DNA of 64,000 nucleotides from an uncultured Bacteroides sp. (GTDB lineage: Bacteria; Bacillota; Clostridia; Lachnospirales; Lachnospiraceae): assembly GCA_964600805.1 (NCBI GenBank), contig CAZRKN010000002.1:11967-75966 (forward strand). Reading direction: 5' to 3'. Positions 1 through 10,809 of this stretch are shown here, one piece after another. Positions within the stretch are counted from its first letter, which is position 1. Each line of letters opens with the position of its first letter. A model generated the notes under the pieces. The model worked only from the letters and a program-made list of their open reading frames with translations, did no database searches and was not told the origin of the DNA. The translations under genes and the position numbers were made by a program.

Positions 1-774
1 GTTGTATTAACCTCCATACTGTATGTAAAGGATTATCCCAAGATAATTCCGATTATTTTTGTGACTCTTGGCTTTGGGCTCATCGGATTTTTGGATGATT
101 ATATCAAAGTAGTGTTGAAACGCTCGATGGGACTTCGTGCATGGCAGAAAATGGCGCTTCAAATTGTTGTTACGGGTGTATTTGCATATTATATCACACA
201 TTATACCGACGTCTCACTTACCATGAAGATTCCGTTTATGCCACATGTCTATCTGGACTTTGGAGTATTGAACATACCGATCCTGTTCTTCATCGTCCTC
301 GGTACGGTGAACGGAGTGAATCTGACGGACGGTTTAGACGGACTGGCGAGTTCCGTTACGGTGCTGGTGGCTACGTTCTTTACGGTGGTGGCTATAGGAA
401 TGAACAGCGGTATTGAGCCGGTTACCTGTGCGGTTGTGGGTGCACTTCTCGGTTTTCTGCTGTTTAATGTATATCCGGCAAGCGTTTTCATGGGGGATAC
501 CGGTTCGCTTGCACTTGGCGGTTTTGTGGCGGCTGCCGCATATATGATGCAGATGCCGGTTTTTCTGGCAATCGTAGGATTTATCTATGTAATAGAGGTG
601 TTATCCGATATACTGCAGGTATCTTATTTTAAACTGACCGGCGGAAAACGTATATTTAAGATGGCGCCTATTCATCATCATTTTGAGTTATGCGGCTGGT
701 CAGAGACGAGAGTGGTTGCGGTTTTTTCGATTGTGACGGCGCTGCTTTGTCTGGTGGCTCTTATGGGAGTGTAA
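1..774 (+). CDS. mraY: Phospho-N-acetylmuramoyl-pentapeptide transferase (5' truncated by window edge)
   Basis: Frame open from base 1; motifs GFLDDYIK, NLTDGLDGL, FMGDTGSLALGG, MAPIHHHFE; dcw context. Confidence 0.97.
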   Translation, partial: VVLTSILYVKDYPKIIPIIFVTLGFGLIGFLDDYIKVVLKRSMGLRAWQKMALQIVVTGVFAYYITHYTDVSLTMKIPFMPHVYLDFGVLNIPILFFIVLGTVNGVNLTDGLDGLASSVTVLVATFFTVVAIGMNSGIEPVTCAVVGALLGFLLFNVYPASVFMGDTGSLALGGFVAAAAYMMQMPVFLAIVGFIYVIEVLSDILQVSYFKLTGGKRIFKMAPIHHHFELCGWSETRVVAVFSIVTALLCLVALMGV

Positions 775-813
775 AAGGCTATAGCCCAAAATAACGCAAG
801 TTGAGAGAAAGGC

Positions 814-2184
814 ATGGTTATCAGGATGGATTTACTTAATATAAATGTACTGGTTGTGGGAGCGGGTATCAGTGGAATAGGTGCGGTAGAGAGTTTAAGC
901 AGAGCCGGTGCATGCTCGGTTCTGTATGATGAAAATGAGAAGCTTACGAAAGAAGAGGTAGCTGCGAAACTTTCTGATTCATGTAAGGCGGAAGTGATTA
1001 TCGGCAGACTGCCGGAAGAAGTAAAGGAATCTATACAGCTGTTAGTCCTTAGTCCCGGCGTACCGGTGGATTCGGAATTTGTAGAGAGTTTTAAGGCACG
1101 CGGAATAAAAGTATGGGGAGAGATAGAGCTTGCATATGAGCTTGGAAAAGGAAAGGTCATTGCGATTACAGGCACGAACGGCAAGACGACTACGACTTCT
1201 TTAGTGGGCGAAATTATGAAGGCTCATTATGAAGATGTATGCGTAGTAGGCAATATCGGCAATCCCTATACGATGACAGCGCCCGATTCCAAAGAAGACA
1301 CTGTGACTGTAGCAGAAATCAGCAGTTTCCAATTGGAGACAATAGAAGCTTTTCATCCGGCAGTATCCGCAATTTTAAATATTACGCCGGATCACTTAAA
1401 CAGACATCATACAATGGAGAATTATGCGGCGGTAAAGGAAAGCATTACGCTGAATCAGACCGGGTCGGATGTATGTGTCCTTAATTATGACAATGAATAT
1501 ACGCGGCTGTTCGGCGAGCGTTGTCCCGCAAGGGTGGTTTATTTTTCTTCGTCACATAAGCTCGAAGAAGGTCTCTATCTGGACGGAGAAGAGATTTATC
1601 AGGCACATGACGGTCATACCGATAAACTTATGAATATCCATGAAATGAATCTGGTGGGCATGTGCAATGTGGAAAATGTAATGGCGGCGATAGCCATCGC
1701 AGAGTCCATGGACGTACCCATGGATAAGATTATAGATACTGTAAAGGGATTTAAGGCAGTAGAACATAGAATAGAATATGTAGCCACTAAGGGCGGTGTG
1801 GATTATTATAATGATTCCAAAGGCACAAATCCGGATGCTGCCATTCAGGGCATCCGTGCGATGAGTAAGCCTACCGTACTGATTGGCGGAGGTTACGATA
1901 AGCAGAGTGAGTATGATGAATGGATTGAGGCTTTTGACGGAAAAGTTAAGTGCTTCGTTCTGATAGGACAGACAAGAGAGAAAATTGCAGAATGCGCAAG
2001 AGAGCATGGAATGGAGAACATTGTGTTTGCGGACAGCTTCAGGGAAGCCTTTGATTTATGTGTGGAAAATGCCGGACCGGGCGACGCGGTATTGCTTTCT
2101 CCTGCATGCGCAAGCTGGGGGATGTTTCCCAATTATGAAGTAAGAGGCAGAATGTTCAAGGAGTTTGTAAATGAGTTAGATTAA
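814..2184 (+). CDS. murD: UDP-MurNAc-L-Ala:D-Glu ligase
   Basis: GAGISG, SPGVP, ITGTNGKTTT, EISSFQLE, NDSKGTN, LLSPACASW. Confidence 0.97.
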   Translation: MVIRMDLLNINVLVVGAGISGIGAVESLSRAGACSVLYDENEKLTKEEVAAKLSDSCKAEVIIGRLPEEVKESIQLLVLSPGVPVDSEFVESFKARGIKVWGEIELAYELGKGKVIAITGTNGKTTTTSLVGEIMKAHYEDVCVVGNIGNPYTMTAPDSKEDTVTVAEISSFQLETIEAFHPAVSAILNITPDHLNRHHTMENYAAVKESITLNQTGSDVCVLNYDNEYTRLFGERCPARVVYFSSSHKLEEGLYLDGEEIYQAHDGHTDKLMNIHEMNLVGMCNVENVMAAIAIAESMDVPMDKIIDTVKGFKAVEHRIEYVATKGGVDYYNDSKGTNPDAAIQGIRAMSKPTVLIGGGYDKQSEYDEWIEAFDGKVKCFVLIGQTREKIAECAREHGMENIVFADSFREAFDLCVENAGPGDAVLLSPACASWGMFPNYEVRGRMFKEFVNELD

Positions 2185-2199
2185 GCCGCTTAAGGCGGA

Positions 2200-3375
2200 A
2201 TGGAGGCAGACGTGCAGGCAAGAGCTTTATCTCGCAGAAAATCGAATACTGAAAGTTATATGGATTACAGTATGCTGTTCATTGTTATATTCCTTTTGGG
2301 ATTTGGGCTGGTAATGCTGTATTCCACCAGCTCCTACAAGGCGAATCTGGACTATGGAGATTCCGCATGGTATTTCAGGAAGCAGTTTTTTGCTACTATT
2401 CTGGGAGTTGCGGCAATGTTTTTTGTATCTAACATCCCGTATCACTTCTGGGAGCGTTTTGCGGTTTTGGGATACATAGTTTCCGTTATATTGATACTCC
2501 TTATCATTCCTTTCGGAATTACGGCGAATGGTGCGAAAAGATGGCTTCGTATTTTTGGAATCTCATTGCAGCCGGCGGAGGTTGCGAAACTATGTATGAT
2601 TCTCTTTCTGGCGAGCATGATATGTTCCATGGGCAAAAGAATTCGTGACAGGAAGGGCTTCTATATGGTTATGGCTGTTCCGGCACCGATTGCCCTGATG
2701 TTATGGCGAATTACCCAGAACTTAAGCTCTGCAATTATTGTTATGGGAATAGCGGTGCTGATGCTTTTTGTGGCATGTCCGGATTACAAGCGGTTCATTC
2801 TTTTAGGGCTGGCAACCATTGCGGGAGCGGCTCTGGTGGTATTTGCAATTGTAAAGATAGCGGAAAACAATCCGGACAGTCTGGAGTTCCGTGGAGAACG
2901 TATTCTTGCGTGGCTTGATCCGGAAGCATTCGCCAGTGGTAAGGGGTTCCAGACGATACAGGGGTTATATGCAATCGGCTCAGGAGGGATTCTTGGAAAA
3001 GGTCTTGGCGCGAGTAGGCAGAAACTGGGATTTTTGCCGGAGCCGCAGAATGATATGATTTTTTCCATTATATGTGAAGAACTCGGGTTGTTTGGCGCGA
3101 TTGCCGTTATACTGATGTTTATCATGCTTATATGGAGGTTCATGGTTATTGCCAATAATGCGCCCGACCTTTTTGGTGCACTCCTGGTAGTAGGAGTGCT
3201 TGGACATATTGCGATACAGGTGATTTTAAACATAGCGGTCGTAACAAATACGATTCCGAATACCGGTATCTCACTTCCTTTTATCAGTTACGGAGGTACA
3301 TCGGTCGTATTTCTGCTAATAGAGATTGGTCTTGTTTTAAGTGTGGCTAAGGGAATTCGTTTAAAAGATTTATAA
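2200..3375 (+). CDS. ftsW: SEDS family peptidoglycan polymerase FtsW/SpoVE
   Basis: GAKRWL, QPAEVAK, FLPEPQNDMIF, LPFISYGGTS; multi-TM; follows murD. Confidence 0.9.
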   Translation: MEADVQARALSRRKSNTESYMDYSMLFIVIFLLGFGLVMLYSTSSYKANLDYGDSAWYFRKQFFATILGVAAMFFVSNIPYHFWERFAVLGYIVSVILILLIIPFGITANGAKRWLRIFGISLQPAEVAKLCMILFLASMICSMGKRIRDRKGFYMVMAVPAPIALMLWRITQNLSSAIIVMGIAVLMLFVACPDYKRFILLGLATIAGAALVVFAIVKIAENNPDSLEFRGERILAWLDPEAFASGKGFQTIQGLYAIGSGGILGKGLGASRQKLGFLPEPQNDMIFSIICEELGLFGAIAVILMFIMLIWRFMVIANNAPDLFGALLVVGVLGHIAIQVILNIAVVTNTIPNTGISLPFISYGGTSVVFLLIEIGLVLSVAKGIRLKDL

Positions 3376-3450
3376 GTACAAGATAATTTTTACAGTTTTT
3401 TCCATATAGATAAAGTAGGTCATATTTTTTATCTGCTTTGAGGTTTTGCT

Positions 3451-4704
3451 ATGGATGCAATTCAGATATATGGTGGAAACTGCCTGACGGGCGAGACAAG
3501 AATACAGGGTTCTAAGAATGCGGCGCTGCCGATACTGGCAGCAGCGCTGTTAATAGACGGTACATGCGAGATAGAAAACTGCCCTATGATAAGCGATGTG
3601 AGCCATATGCTCAGGCTGATGGAGAGTCTTGGCTGTGTCGTTACGCGGAATGGGCATAGCATAAAGGTTGACGCAGGCCAGTTGTGCATGTGTGATATGC
3701 CTCCTGATTCTGTCGGTGTGATGAGGTCGTCGATAATGCTGCTTGGAGCTTTGCTTGCCAGAGCGGGAATCGTCAGCATGAGGTATCCGGGCGGCTGTGT
3801 GATAGGACAGAGGCCTATTGACCTGCACCTTCAGGCTCTTAGAAAGATGGGCGTTGTCATTGAAGAGAGCGAAGACGGTTTTGTTGCGGAAACCAAAGGA
3901 TTAACCGGTGCGCATATCCGTTTTCCGTTTATCAGCGTAGGAGCGACGGAAAATATCGTGCTTGCTGCCGTGCTTGCTAAGGGCGATACCGTTATTGAAA
4001 ATGCGGCAATGGAGCCGGAAATTTATGCACTTTGTGATTTCTTAAAAGAGGCGGGAGCTAAGATTGAGGGAGCCGGAACGGACAGGATTATAATTCATGG
4101 TGTTGAGAAGCTGCATGAAACCGCATATCATGTTCCGGCGGACAGGATCGTAGCGGGCACTTATCTGGCGGCATGTCTGTGCAGCGGTGGTGAAATCTTC
4201 TTAAAAGAAGCTCCGTATACGCAGATGACAGCCGTAATAGAGACAGCGGCCGGTATGGGAGCCGAAATCCATGAGAGTACGGAAGGAATACAGATTACCT
4301 GCAGCAAGAGGAGAAATATGCTTCCCAGACTTAAGACCGATTCTTATCCGGGATTTCCTACGGATTTACAGTCGGCATTTCTGGTGGCGATGACGCTTTC
4401 TGAGGGAAGCGGCATAATAGAGGAGACTATTTTTGAGAACAGATTCCGTATCGTGCCTGAACTAAAGAAAATGGGTGCGGAGATTACGTATAGAGGTAAT
4501 ATGCTATTTGTGGAAGGAATAAAAGAGCTTAAGGGAGCACAATTAACGGCGCAGGAGCTACGGGGCGGGGCTGCATTGGTATTGGCGGGAAGCGCGGCGT
4601 CCGGCATGAGTATTGTGAAGAACAGGCAGTACATTGAGAGAGGCTATGAAAATATATGTCAGGATCTGACAGCGCTCGGAGTGGAATGTAAAACAATAAA
4701 TTAG
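3451..4704 (+). CDS. murA: UDP-GlcNAc 1-carboxyvinyltransferase (Cys-type)
   Basis: GSKNAALP, PGGCVIGQRPIDLH, YPGFPTDLQ, IERGYE. Confidence 0.95.
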   Translation: MDAIQIYGGNCLTGETRIQGSKNAALPILAAALLIDGTCEIENCPMISDVSHMLRLMESLGCVVTRNGHSIKVDAGQLCMCDMPPDSVGVMRSSIMLLGALLARAGIVSMRYPGGCVIGQRPIDLHLQALRKMGVVIEESEDGFVAETKGLTGAHIRFPFISVGATENIVLAAVLAKGDTVIENAAMEPEIYALCDFLKEAGAKIEGAGTDRIIIHGVEKLHETAYHVPADRIVAGTYLAACLCSGGEIFLKEAPYTQMTAVIETAAGMGAEIHESTEGIQITCSKRRNMLPRLKTDSYPGFPTDLQSAFLVAMTLSEGSGIIEETIFENRFRIVPELKKMGAEITYRGNMLFVEGIKELKGAQLTAQELRGGAALVLAGSAASGMSIVKNRQYIERGYENICQDLTALGVECKTIN

Positions 4705-4725
4705 TCGGAAAAATGTGGAAAAAGT

Positions 4726-5538
4726 ATGAGCAGAACAAAGAAAAAGCCTCCATATATGAGGATAATTAAAAATGATGCGGTTAAAAAAGAACAGAAGGAG
4801 CAGAGGGTTCGTTTCGGTAAAGTGAAAAGAGTTACTGTTCTGTCTGTTCTTTTTGGCACGATTTTTGTTACGCTTATTGCAGTATATGTCTATATCATAG
4901 AAAATTATACCATTACTACCGTATATGTGGATGGAAATATCCACTATACCGATGCTGAAGTTATAGAAATGGTGATGAACGGAAAATACGATCATAATTC
5001 TCTTTTTCTTTCTTTAAAGTACCGTGACAGGAATATTGCAGACATTCCGTTTGTTGAAACAATGGACGTGGATATAGAAGCTAAGGATACAGTAAGAATA
5101 ACAGTATATGAAAAAGCTGTTGCAGGCTGCGTGGTATATCTGGGCAGGTATATTTATTTTGATAAAGACGGTATCGTCGTAGAAACTTCCGAGACCGCTA
5201 CACCGGGGATTCCGCAGGTAACAGGGCTTTCATTTGACTATGTAATGCTGCATGAAACACTTCCGATTGAAAATCAGGAGGTTTTCAAGGATATTTTAAA
5301 TATTACACAGCTGCTTGATAAATACTCAATGACAGTGGACAAGATATATTTCGCTTCAGATTATCAGGTAACTTTGATTTTCGGCAATGTTAAGGTGGCG
5401 ATGGGCAGCAGCAATGATATTGATGAAAAAATCATGAAACTGCAGCATATGCTTCCTGAATTGGAGGGTAAAAGCGGAACATTGAATATGAGGGAATATA
5501 CCGAAGATACTAAGATGATAAGTTTTGAACAGAATTAG
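4726..5538 (+). CDS. divIB: Cell division protein FtsQ/DivIB family
   Basis: Basic N-terminus, one TM helix, POTRA-like segment (VYVDGNIHYTD...VRITVYEK); directly upstream of ftsZ. Confidence 0.8.
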   Translation: MSRTKKKPPYMRIIKNDAVKKEQKEQRVRFGKVKRVTVLSVLFGTIFVTLIAVYVYIIENYTITTVYVDGNIHYTDAEVIEMVMNGKYDHNSLFLSLKYRDRNIADIPFVETMDVDIEAKDTVRITVYEKAVAGCVVYLGRYIYFDKDGIVVETSETATPGIPQVTGLSFDYVMLHETLPIENQEVFKDILNITQLLDKYSMTVDKIYFASDYQVTLIFGNVKVAMGSSNDIDEKIMKLQHMLPELEGKSGTLNMREYTEDTKMISFEQN

Positions 5539-5580
5539 GCTGGAAAAAAATAGAAAAGTTAGAAAATCATAAAAATGGGG

Positions 5581-5609
5581 TTGCTAAATTAAAAAAATAA
5601 TTATATGAT
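5581..5609 (+). promoter_or_regulatory. Putative sigmaA promoter of ftsZ
   Basis: TTGCTA-17 bp-TATGAT upstream of RBS AAGGAGG and TTG start. Confidence 0.55.
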
Positions 5610-5650
5610 AATCTATATGAGTTTATTTTGTTATTGAAGGAGGTACTACC

Positions 5651-6901
5651 TTGCTTGAGATTAAGACAAACGATGCTGAATCTGCCGCTAAGATAATAGT
5701 AGTTGGTGTTGGCGGGGCAGGTAATAATGCTGTTAATAGAATGATCGATGAAAGTATTGACGGTGTTGATTTTATTGGAATCAATACCGATAAACAGGCT
5801 TTGCAGCTTTGTAAAGCACCTAAACTGTTACAGATAGGAGAGAAGCTGACTAAAGGTCTGGGTGCCGGAGCCAAGCCGGAGGTTGGTGAGAAAGCGGCTG
5901 AGGAGAGCGAAGAAGAGATTGCTGCTGCTTTGAAGGGTGCGGATATGGTGTTCGTAACCTGTGGAATGGGTGGCGGAACCGGTACCGGTGCGGCTCCCGT
6001 AGTAGCTAAACTGGCTAAGGATATGGGTATCCTGACAGTAGGCGTTGTTACCAAGCCGTTCAGATTTGAGGCTAAGGTTCGTATGACCAATGCTTTAAGC
6101 GGTATTGATAAAATAAAAGATAATGTTGATACATTGATTGTTATTCCTAATGATAAGCTATTGGAAATAGTCGATAGAAGGACAACCATGCCGGATGCCC
6201 TGAAAAAAGCAGATGAAGTGCTGCAGCAGGCGGTACAGGGAATTACGGATCTGATTAATCTGCCCGCAGTCATCAACCTTGACTTTGCCGATGTACAGAC
6301 TGTTATGAAGGAAAAGGGTATTGCACATATCGGTATCGGAAGCGGAAAAGGAGACGACAAAGCGAGTCAGGCTGTCAAAATGGCGGTGGAGAGCCCGCTG
6401 CTTGAGACGACTATTTCGGGTGCAACCGATGTAATCATCAATGTATCCGGAGATATCAGTCTCTCAGATGCTGATGCAGCAGCTAATTATGTCAAAGAAT
6501 TAACCGGAGATGATATTAACTGTATCTTCGGAGCAATGTATGACGAGAGCATGACAGATACATGTAATGTTACAATCATTGCGACCGGTATTGAAGAAAA
6601 AGCTAACCAGATGAAAGGTTTGGGCGGACTGAGCTTTAAATCCGCATACATAACGCCGACCTCATTACAGAGTAAAGGAGCATCAGGTACGGGAACCGGG
6701 CACGGCGCGTTTAACACAGCAAGTCTTGGAGTCAGACCATCAGGAACGGCAGGCAGCAACGAATCAGGAGCGCCAATTGCAGGAGCAGGTACACAGGCTG
6801 CATCGGGTAAAATGCTCACGGGAATTAATAAGACAGCTGATATAAGAAGCTCAGTGGAAGAGAAATCCTTAAAGATTCCTGATTTCCTGCAGCGTAAATA
6901 A
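5651..6901 (+). CDS. ftsZ: Cell division GTPase FtsZ
   Basis: [24 protein letters not shown]-terminal IPDFL. Confidence 0.99.
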   Translation: MLEIKTNDAESAAKIIVVGVGGAGNNAVNRMIDESIDGVDFIGINTDKQALQLCKAPKLLQIGEKLTKGLGAGAKPEVGEKAAEESEEEIAAALKGADMVFVTCGMGGGTGTGAAPVVAKLAKDMGILTVGVVTKPFRFEAKVRMTNALSGIDKIKDNVDTLIVIPNDKLLEIVDRRTTMPDALKKADEVLQQAVQGITDLINLPAVINLDFADVQTVMKEKGIAHIGIGSGKGDDKASQAVKMAVESPLLETTISGATDVIINVSGDISLSDADAAANYVKELTGDDINCIFGAMYDESMTDTCNVTIIATGIEEKANQMKGLGGLSFKSAYITPTSLQSKGASGTGTGHGAFNTASLGVRPSGTAGSNESGAPIAGAGTQAASGKMLTGINKTADIRSSVEEKSLKIPDFLQRK

Positions 6902-6939
6902 ATTACATAAATGATACTATTATAAGTATGCATTAAGTT

Positions 6940-6982
6940 CTGGAACAGCGCATTTATACTGCGCTGCTTCAGGGCTTTTTTT
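6940..6982 (+). terminator. Rho-independent terminator after ftsZ
   Basis: CAGCGCA/TGCGCTG stem followed by T-run. Confidence 0.75.
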
Positions 6983-7006
6983 CTACCCTTTTCCAGGGGA
7001 CATGAT

Positions 7007-7082
7007 TGTCGTAAATAGGCAGAAAATATTCAGGAAATCCTTTCTGAATTTGACAAATTAATCAAGCTTTCTTTCGTATAAT
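7007..7082 (+). promoter_or_regulatory. Spo0A-type spoIIG promoter
   Basis: TTGACA (7050-55) and TATAAT (7077-82) are 21 bp apart; 0A-box-like TGTCGTA at 7007. Confidence 0.65.
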
Positions 7083-7106
7083 TAAACAGAAAACAGGAGG
7101 TGGATA

Positions 7107-7913
7107 GTGTATTACAAATTATATATTGACAGTGTATTTTTCATTCAGTTAGTAATGAATATGTATCTGTTATCCATAACGGGAAGATTTCTGAAATGTA
7201 CTGCCACGCATGGAAGAATTTTCTTAAGCGCCTTATTGGGGGCCGGTATGATATGTATGGTCATATTGCTGCCGGTCTTTAATCTGAGAATAAGGCTGTT
7301 AATTGGAGTGATACCTGTCAGTATGGTAATGATTAGCGCTGCTTTTGGGATGCAGTCATTCAGGCTTATCGTGAAAAGAAGCATGATAATGTCAGTATGC
7401 GGACTGTTTTTCGGAAGCGCGGTGCTTTTGGTTGCAAGGCAGCTTACATGGATTCGGCAGTGGAAATATGGTATCCGTACATTTGCTTTTTTTGGATTCA
7501 TTGGCTATGGTTTCATACGGTTTCTGATACGGAAACTGCATGAAGAAAGGTTGAATGAATTGAAGAAAATACGAATCCCTACTAAGGATGGAAATATCTG
7601 TCTTACTGCCCTGTTTGATACGGGCAATCACTTATCCGAACCCATAAGCGGAGCACCTGTATGTATAATCAGCGGCAGCGCAGCATCTATGCTTAGCGGC
7701 TGTTTCTTGCCACAGAAATATCATGCCATTCCCTATCGAAGCATAGGCAGGAAGGCGGGGATTCTGGATGCTTATGAAATTCCGGAACTTGTAATTGAAG
7801 ATACATATAGGGAAATCCGGTGCAGACATGTAATCATTGCCATTTGTAATGCGGAAATATCAAAAGATAGTATATATCAGATGATATTACACCCGAAATT
7901 AATGGAAAACTAG
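7107..7913 (+). CDS. spoIIGA: Pro-sigmaE processing aspartic peptidase
   Basis: N-terminal YID plus TM helices, catalytic DTGN, IPYRSIG; immediately before sigE. Confidence 0.9.
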   Translation: MYYKLYIDSVFFIQLVMNMYLLSITGRFLKCTATHGRIFLSALLGAGMICMVILLPVFNLRIRLLIGVIPVSMVMISAAFGMQSFRLIVKRSMIMSVCGLFFGSAVLLVARQLTWIRQWKYGIRTFAFFGFIGYGFIRFLIRKLHEERLNELKKIRIPTKDGNICLTALFDTGNHLSEPISGAPVCIISGSAASMLSGCFLPQKYHAIPYRSIGRKAGILDAYEIPELVIEDTYREIRCRHVIIAICNAEISKDSIYQMILHPKLMEN

Positions 7914-7924
7914 GAGGAAATGAA

Positions 7925-8665
7925 ATGGTGTTTAAAGTGGCAATTCCCGGCAAAGTGCAATTCAAAATGGTGCGTAAGGATACCAGATTCCTTATACACA
8001 AGCAGGGAGACATACATTACATAGGAGGTGCGGAGGTTCTTCCGCCACCGCTGGAGGTAGATAAGGAAAATGAAATTATAGGAGATTTGGGAACGGAATA
8101 TGAAGACGAGGCAAAAGCTCTTTTGATTGAGCATAACCTGCGCCTTGTCGTATACATAGCAAAGAAGTTTGACAATACGGGAGTGGGTGTAGAGGATTTG
8201 ATTTCCATAGGCACTATCGGACTGATAAAATCCATCAACACATTTAATCCTGAGAAAAATATCAAGCTGGCGACTTATGCCTCGCGTTGTATTGAAAATG
8301 AAATTCTGATGTATTTAAGAAGAAACAGCAAACATAAGATGGAGGTTTCCATTGATGAACCATTGAATGTGGACTGGGATGGAAATGAATTGTTACTCTC
8401 TGATATTCTGGGAACAGAAGAGGATGTCATATATCAGGGCATTGAGAATGAGGTAGAAAGAAAGCTCCTGATTAAGGCAATCTCCAAACTTTCAGATAGA
8501 GAACAGACTATTATCAGGCTGCGTTTCGGATTAGGAAGCGCGGATGGCAAGGAACTGACTCAAAAAGAGGTGGCGGAACTGTTAGGTATATCACAGTCCT
8601 ACATTTCCAGGCTGGAGAAGAAGATTATGCGCAGGTTGAAAAAAGAAATCATGCGGGAAACTTAA
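7925..8665 (+). CDS. sigE: Sporulation sigma factor E with pro-sequence
   Basis: [41 protein letters not shown]. Confidence 0.97.
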   Translation: MVFKVAIPGKVQFKMVRKDTRFLIHKQGDIHYIGGAEVLPPPLEVDKENEIIGDLGTEYEDEAKALLIEHNLRLVVYIAKKFDNTGVGVEDLISIGTIGLIKSINTFNPEKNIKLATYASRCIENEILMYLRRNSKHKMEVSIDEPLNVDWDGNELLLSDILGTEEDVIYQGIENEVERKLLIKAISKLSDREQTIIRLRFGLGSADGKELTQKEVAELLGISQSYISRLEKKIMRRLKKEIMRET

Positions 8666-8682
8666 AATATAAGCAATAATAT

Positions 8683-8722
8683 AAAAAGCAGTCGGATATT
8701 GTCAGATATTCGATTGCTTTTT
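8683..8722 (+). terminator. Terminator after sigE
   Basis: AAAAAGCAGTCGGATAT...ATATTCGATTGCTTTTT inverted repeat. Confidence 0.7.
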
Positions 8723-8766
8723 ATTCATAGAAAAAGTATAATATAAAAAAGATATTTTGATGGGGT

Positions 8767-10791
8767 ATGTATATGAAGAATACAATCTTAATCGTCGATG
8801 ATGACAGAATAAACCTTGTGATGGCGCAAAACCTTTTACAGAAAGAATATAAAGTAGTAGGCGTTAATTCAGGAAAGCAGGCTTTTAAATTTCTGGAGAA
8901 ACACACTCCGGATTTGATTCTGTTAGATATTTTTATGCCGGAAATCGGCGGTTTTGAGGTTATGAAGCAGCTGCAGGAAAACGAGAAATGGAAGAAAATA
9001 CCTGTTATTTTTCTGACAGCGGACAGAAAGTCGGAGACGGAGACGGAATGTTTCAAACTCGGTGCGTACGACTTTATTACGAAGCCTTTTGAGCCAATGG
9101 TCATGCTGAACCGTGTGCGCCGTACTATAGAGCTGGAGGGTTATAGACAGGACTTACAGCTGAGGCTGGACGAGAAGACCAGAGAAGTTGAGCTTGTGAC
9201 TATAGAGGCGATTACGACGGTGGCTAATACTATTGACGCCAAGGATGACTATACAAGAGGGCATTCCTTCAGGGTAGCCGCATATTCCGAGGAACTGGCG
9301 AAGAAGCTCGGCTGGTCTGAGGATGAAGTGCGGAATATTCATTATGTTGCGCTGCTTCATGATATAGGCAAAATAGGAGTACCGGATTCCGTACTCAATA
9401 AACCATTTAAACTGACAAATGTAGAGTTTGATATGATTAAGAATCATACGCTGATCGGAGCTGAAATACTGAAAGATATCAGAATGTTTCCCAATGTCAG
9501 TGTCGGAGCGAAGTATCATCATGAGAGATATGACGGGAAAGGATATCCGGAAGGGCTCAAGGGAGAAGAAATTCCGATTGTTGCAAGGATTATAGGAATC
9601 GTAGACTCGTATGACGCCATGACCAGCAATCGTGTATACAGGAAGCGGCTTCATGATGAAATAGTAAGGGAAGAATTAATTAAGGGTAAAGGAACACAGT
9701 TTGACCCATATCTGGTAGACTTATTTATGGAACTGATTGATGAAGGCTCGCTGCAGCAGAATATAGCTGAAAGGGATATGGTATTGCCGCTGTATGACAG
9801 TAATAAAATCTATGAAGGCGCTACCATGGAAGAAATCGGGCTGGATACCAGGCTGGATTATCTGACGGGACTCCTTGGCAGGGAGCAGGGAGAAAAAGAA
9901 ATTACTGAAAGCCTGCGTAACGGAAGCGGCTGCGTAATGATGATTGATTTGAACAATTTCAGACAGGCAAACGAGACACATGGACATCTGGCAGGAGACT
10001 ACATACTTAAAGTAACGGCAGATGCGTTGAAAGATGTTTGTAAAAACGACATTATATGCAGAATGGGCGGGGATGAATTTTTATTCTATGCCGAAGGTAT
10101 TTCCACGCAGGATGAAGCAGCCAAAAAGGCTGAACAGATATTGGATGTATTTAATTTAAAGAAAAAAGAAATAAGTATTATGCAGGAGCTTTCTGTTTCC
10201 ATAGGCATCAGCCTGTTTGGCATAGACGGAGGAGAATATGCGGAATTGGTAAGAAAAGCGGATAAGGCGTTATACCATGTCAAGCAGAGCGATAATGAAC
10301 AACGCTATCTTTTCTATCAGAGTACAAGCATGGCAAGGACATTGGAACAGTCCAAGGTGGATTTAGCAAGGCTTGTAAACATGGTAGAAAACAGACAGTC
10401 TTATCAGGGTGCGTTTCAGGTTGAGTATGATGAGTTTGGACGGATTTATGATTTCGTACAGCATTTTTCACAGCGGAATAATCAGGAAGTTCAGCTGATA
10501 CTGTTTACTTTGTTTTCCGCAGACGGAAGGGATATAAGACTGGACCAGATGGAGATTGCCATGCAATGTATGGAGCAGGCGATTATGAAATCTCTGCGCG
10601 GTGTGGATGTAGGAACAAGATACAGCAGCTTCCAGTTTCTGGTGGTGCTGATGGGGACGGAAAAAAATAATATCCGAATAGTAACCGAAAGAATCATTCA
10701 GAATTATTTCAAATTATATGGCAACAGAGATATCACGATATCGTATGACATCGCGAACCTGAGCGGTAGTGACGAGAGCTCTGCTGATTAG
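8767..10791 (+). CDS. Response regulator with REC, HD-GYP, GGDEF and degenerate GGDEF-like domains
   Basis: ILLDIFMP (REC); HDIGK...HHERYDGKGYP (HD-GYP); DLNNF...GGDEF; C-terminal SLRGVD...RYSSFQF. Confidence 0.9.
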   Translation: MYMKNTILIVDDDRINLVMAQNLLQKEYKVVGVNSGKQAFKFLEKHTPDLILLDIFMPEIGGFEVMKQLQENEKWKKIPVIFLTADRKSETETECFKLGAYDFITKPFEPMVMLNRVRRTIELEGYRQDLQLRLDEKTREVELVTIEAITTVANTIDAKDDYTRGHSFRVAAYSEELAKKLGWSEDEVRNIHYVALLHDIGKIGVPDSVLNKPFKLTNVEFDMIKNHTLIGAEILKDIRMFPNVSVGAKYHHERYDGKGYPEGLKGEEIPIVARIIGIVDSYDAMTSNRVYRKRLHDEIVREELIKGKGTQFDPYLVDLFMELIDEGSLQQNIAERDMVLPLYDSNKIYEGATMEEIGLDTRLDYLTGLLGREQGEKEITESLRNGSGCVMMIDLNNFRQANETHGHLAGDYILKVTADALKDVCKNDIICRMGGDEFLFYAEGISTQDEAAKKAEQILDVFNLKKKEISIMQELSVSIGISLFGIDGGEYAELVRKADKALYHVKQSDNEQRYLFYQSTSMARTLEQSKVDLARLVNMVENRQSYQGAFQVEYDEFGRIYDFVQHFSQRNNQEVQLILFTLFSADGRDIRLDQMEIAMQCMEQAIMKSLRGVDVGTRYSSFQFLVVLMGTEKNNIRIVTERIIQNYFKLYGNRDITISYDIANLSGSDESSAD

Positions 10792-10809
10792 GCGGACCGG
10801 ATATTTAGC

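Noticed and set aside
3376-5650. Absence of murG and ftsA from the dcw cluster
   Set aside because: Gene content of this cluster varies among clostridia, and the genes may lie elsewhere; cannot be judged from this window.
5623-6360. Long antisense ORFs opposite ftsZ and other conserved genes
   Set aside because: Shadow frames of conserved genes with no independent evidence.
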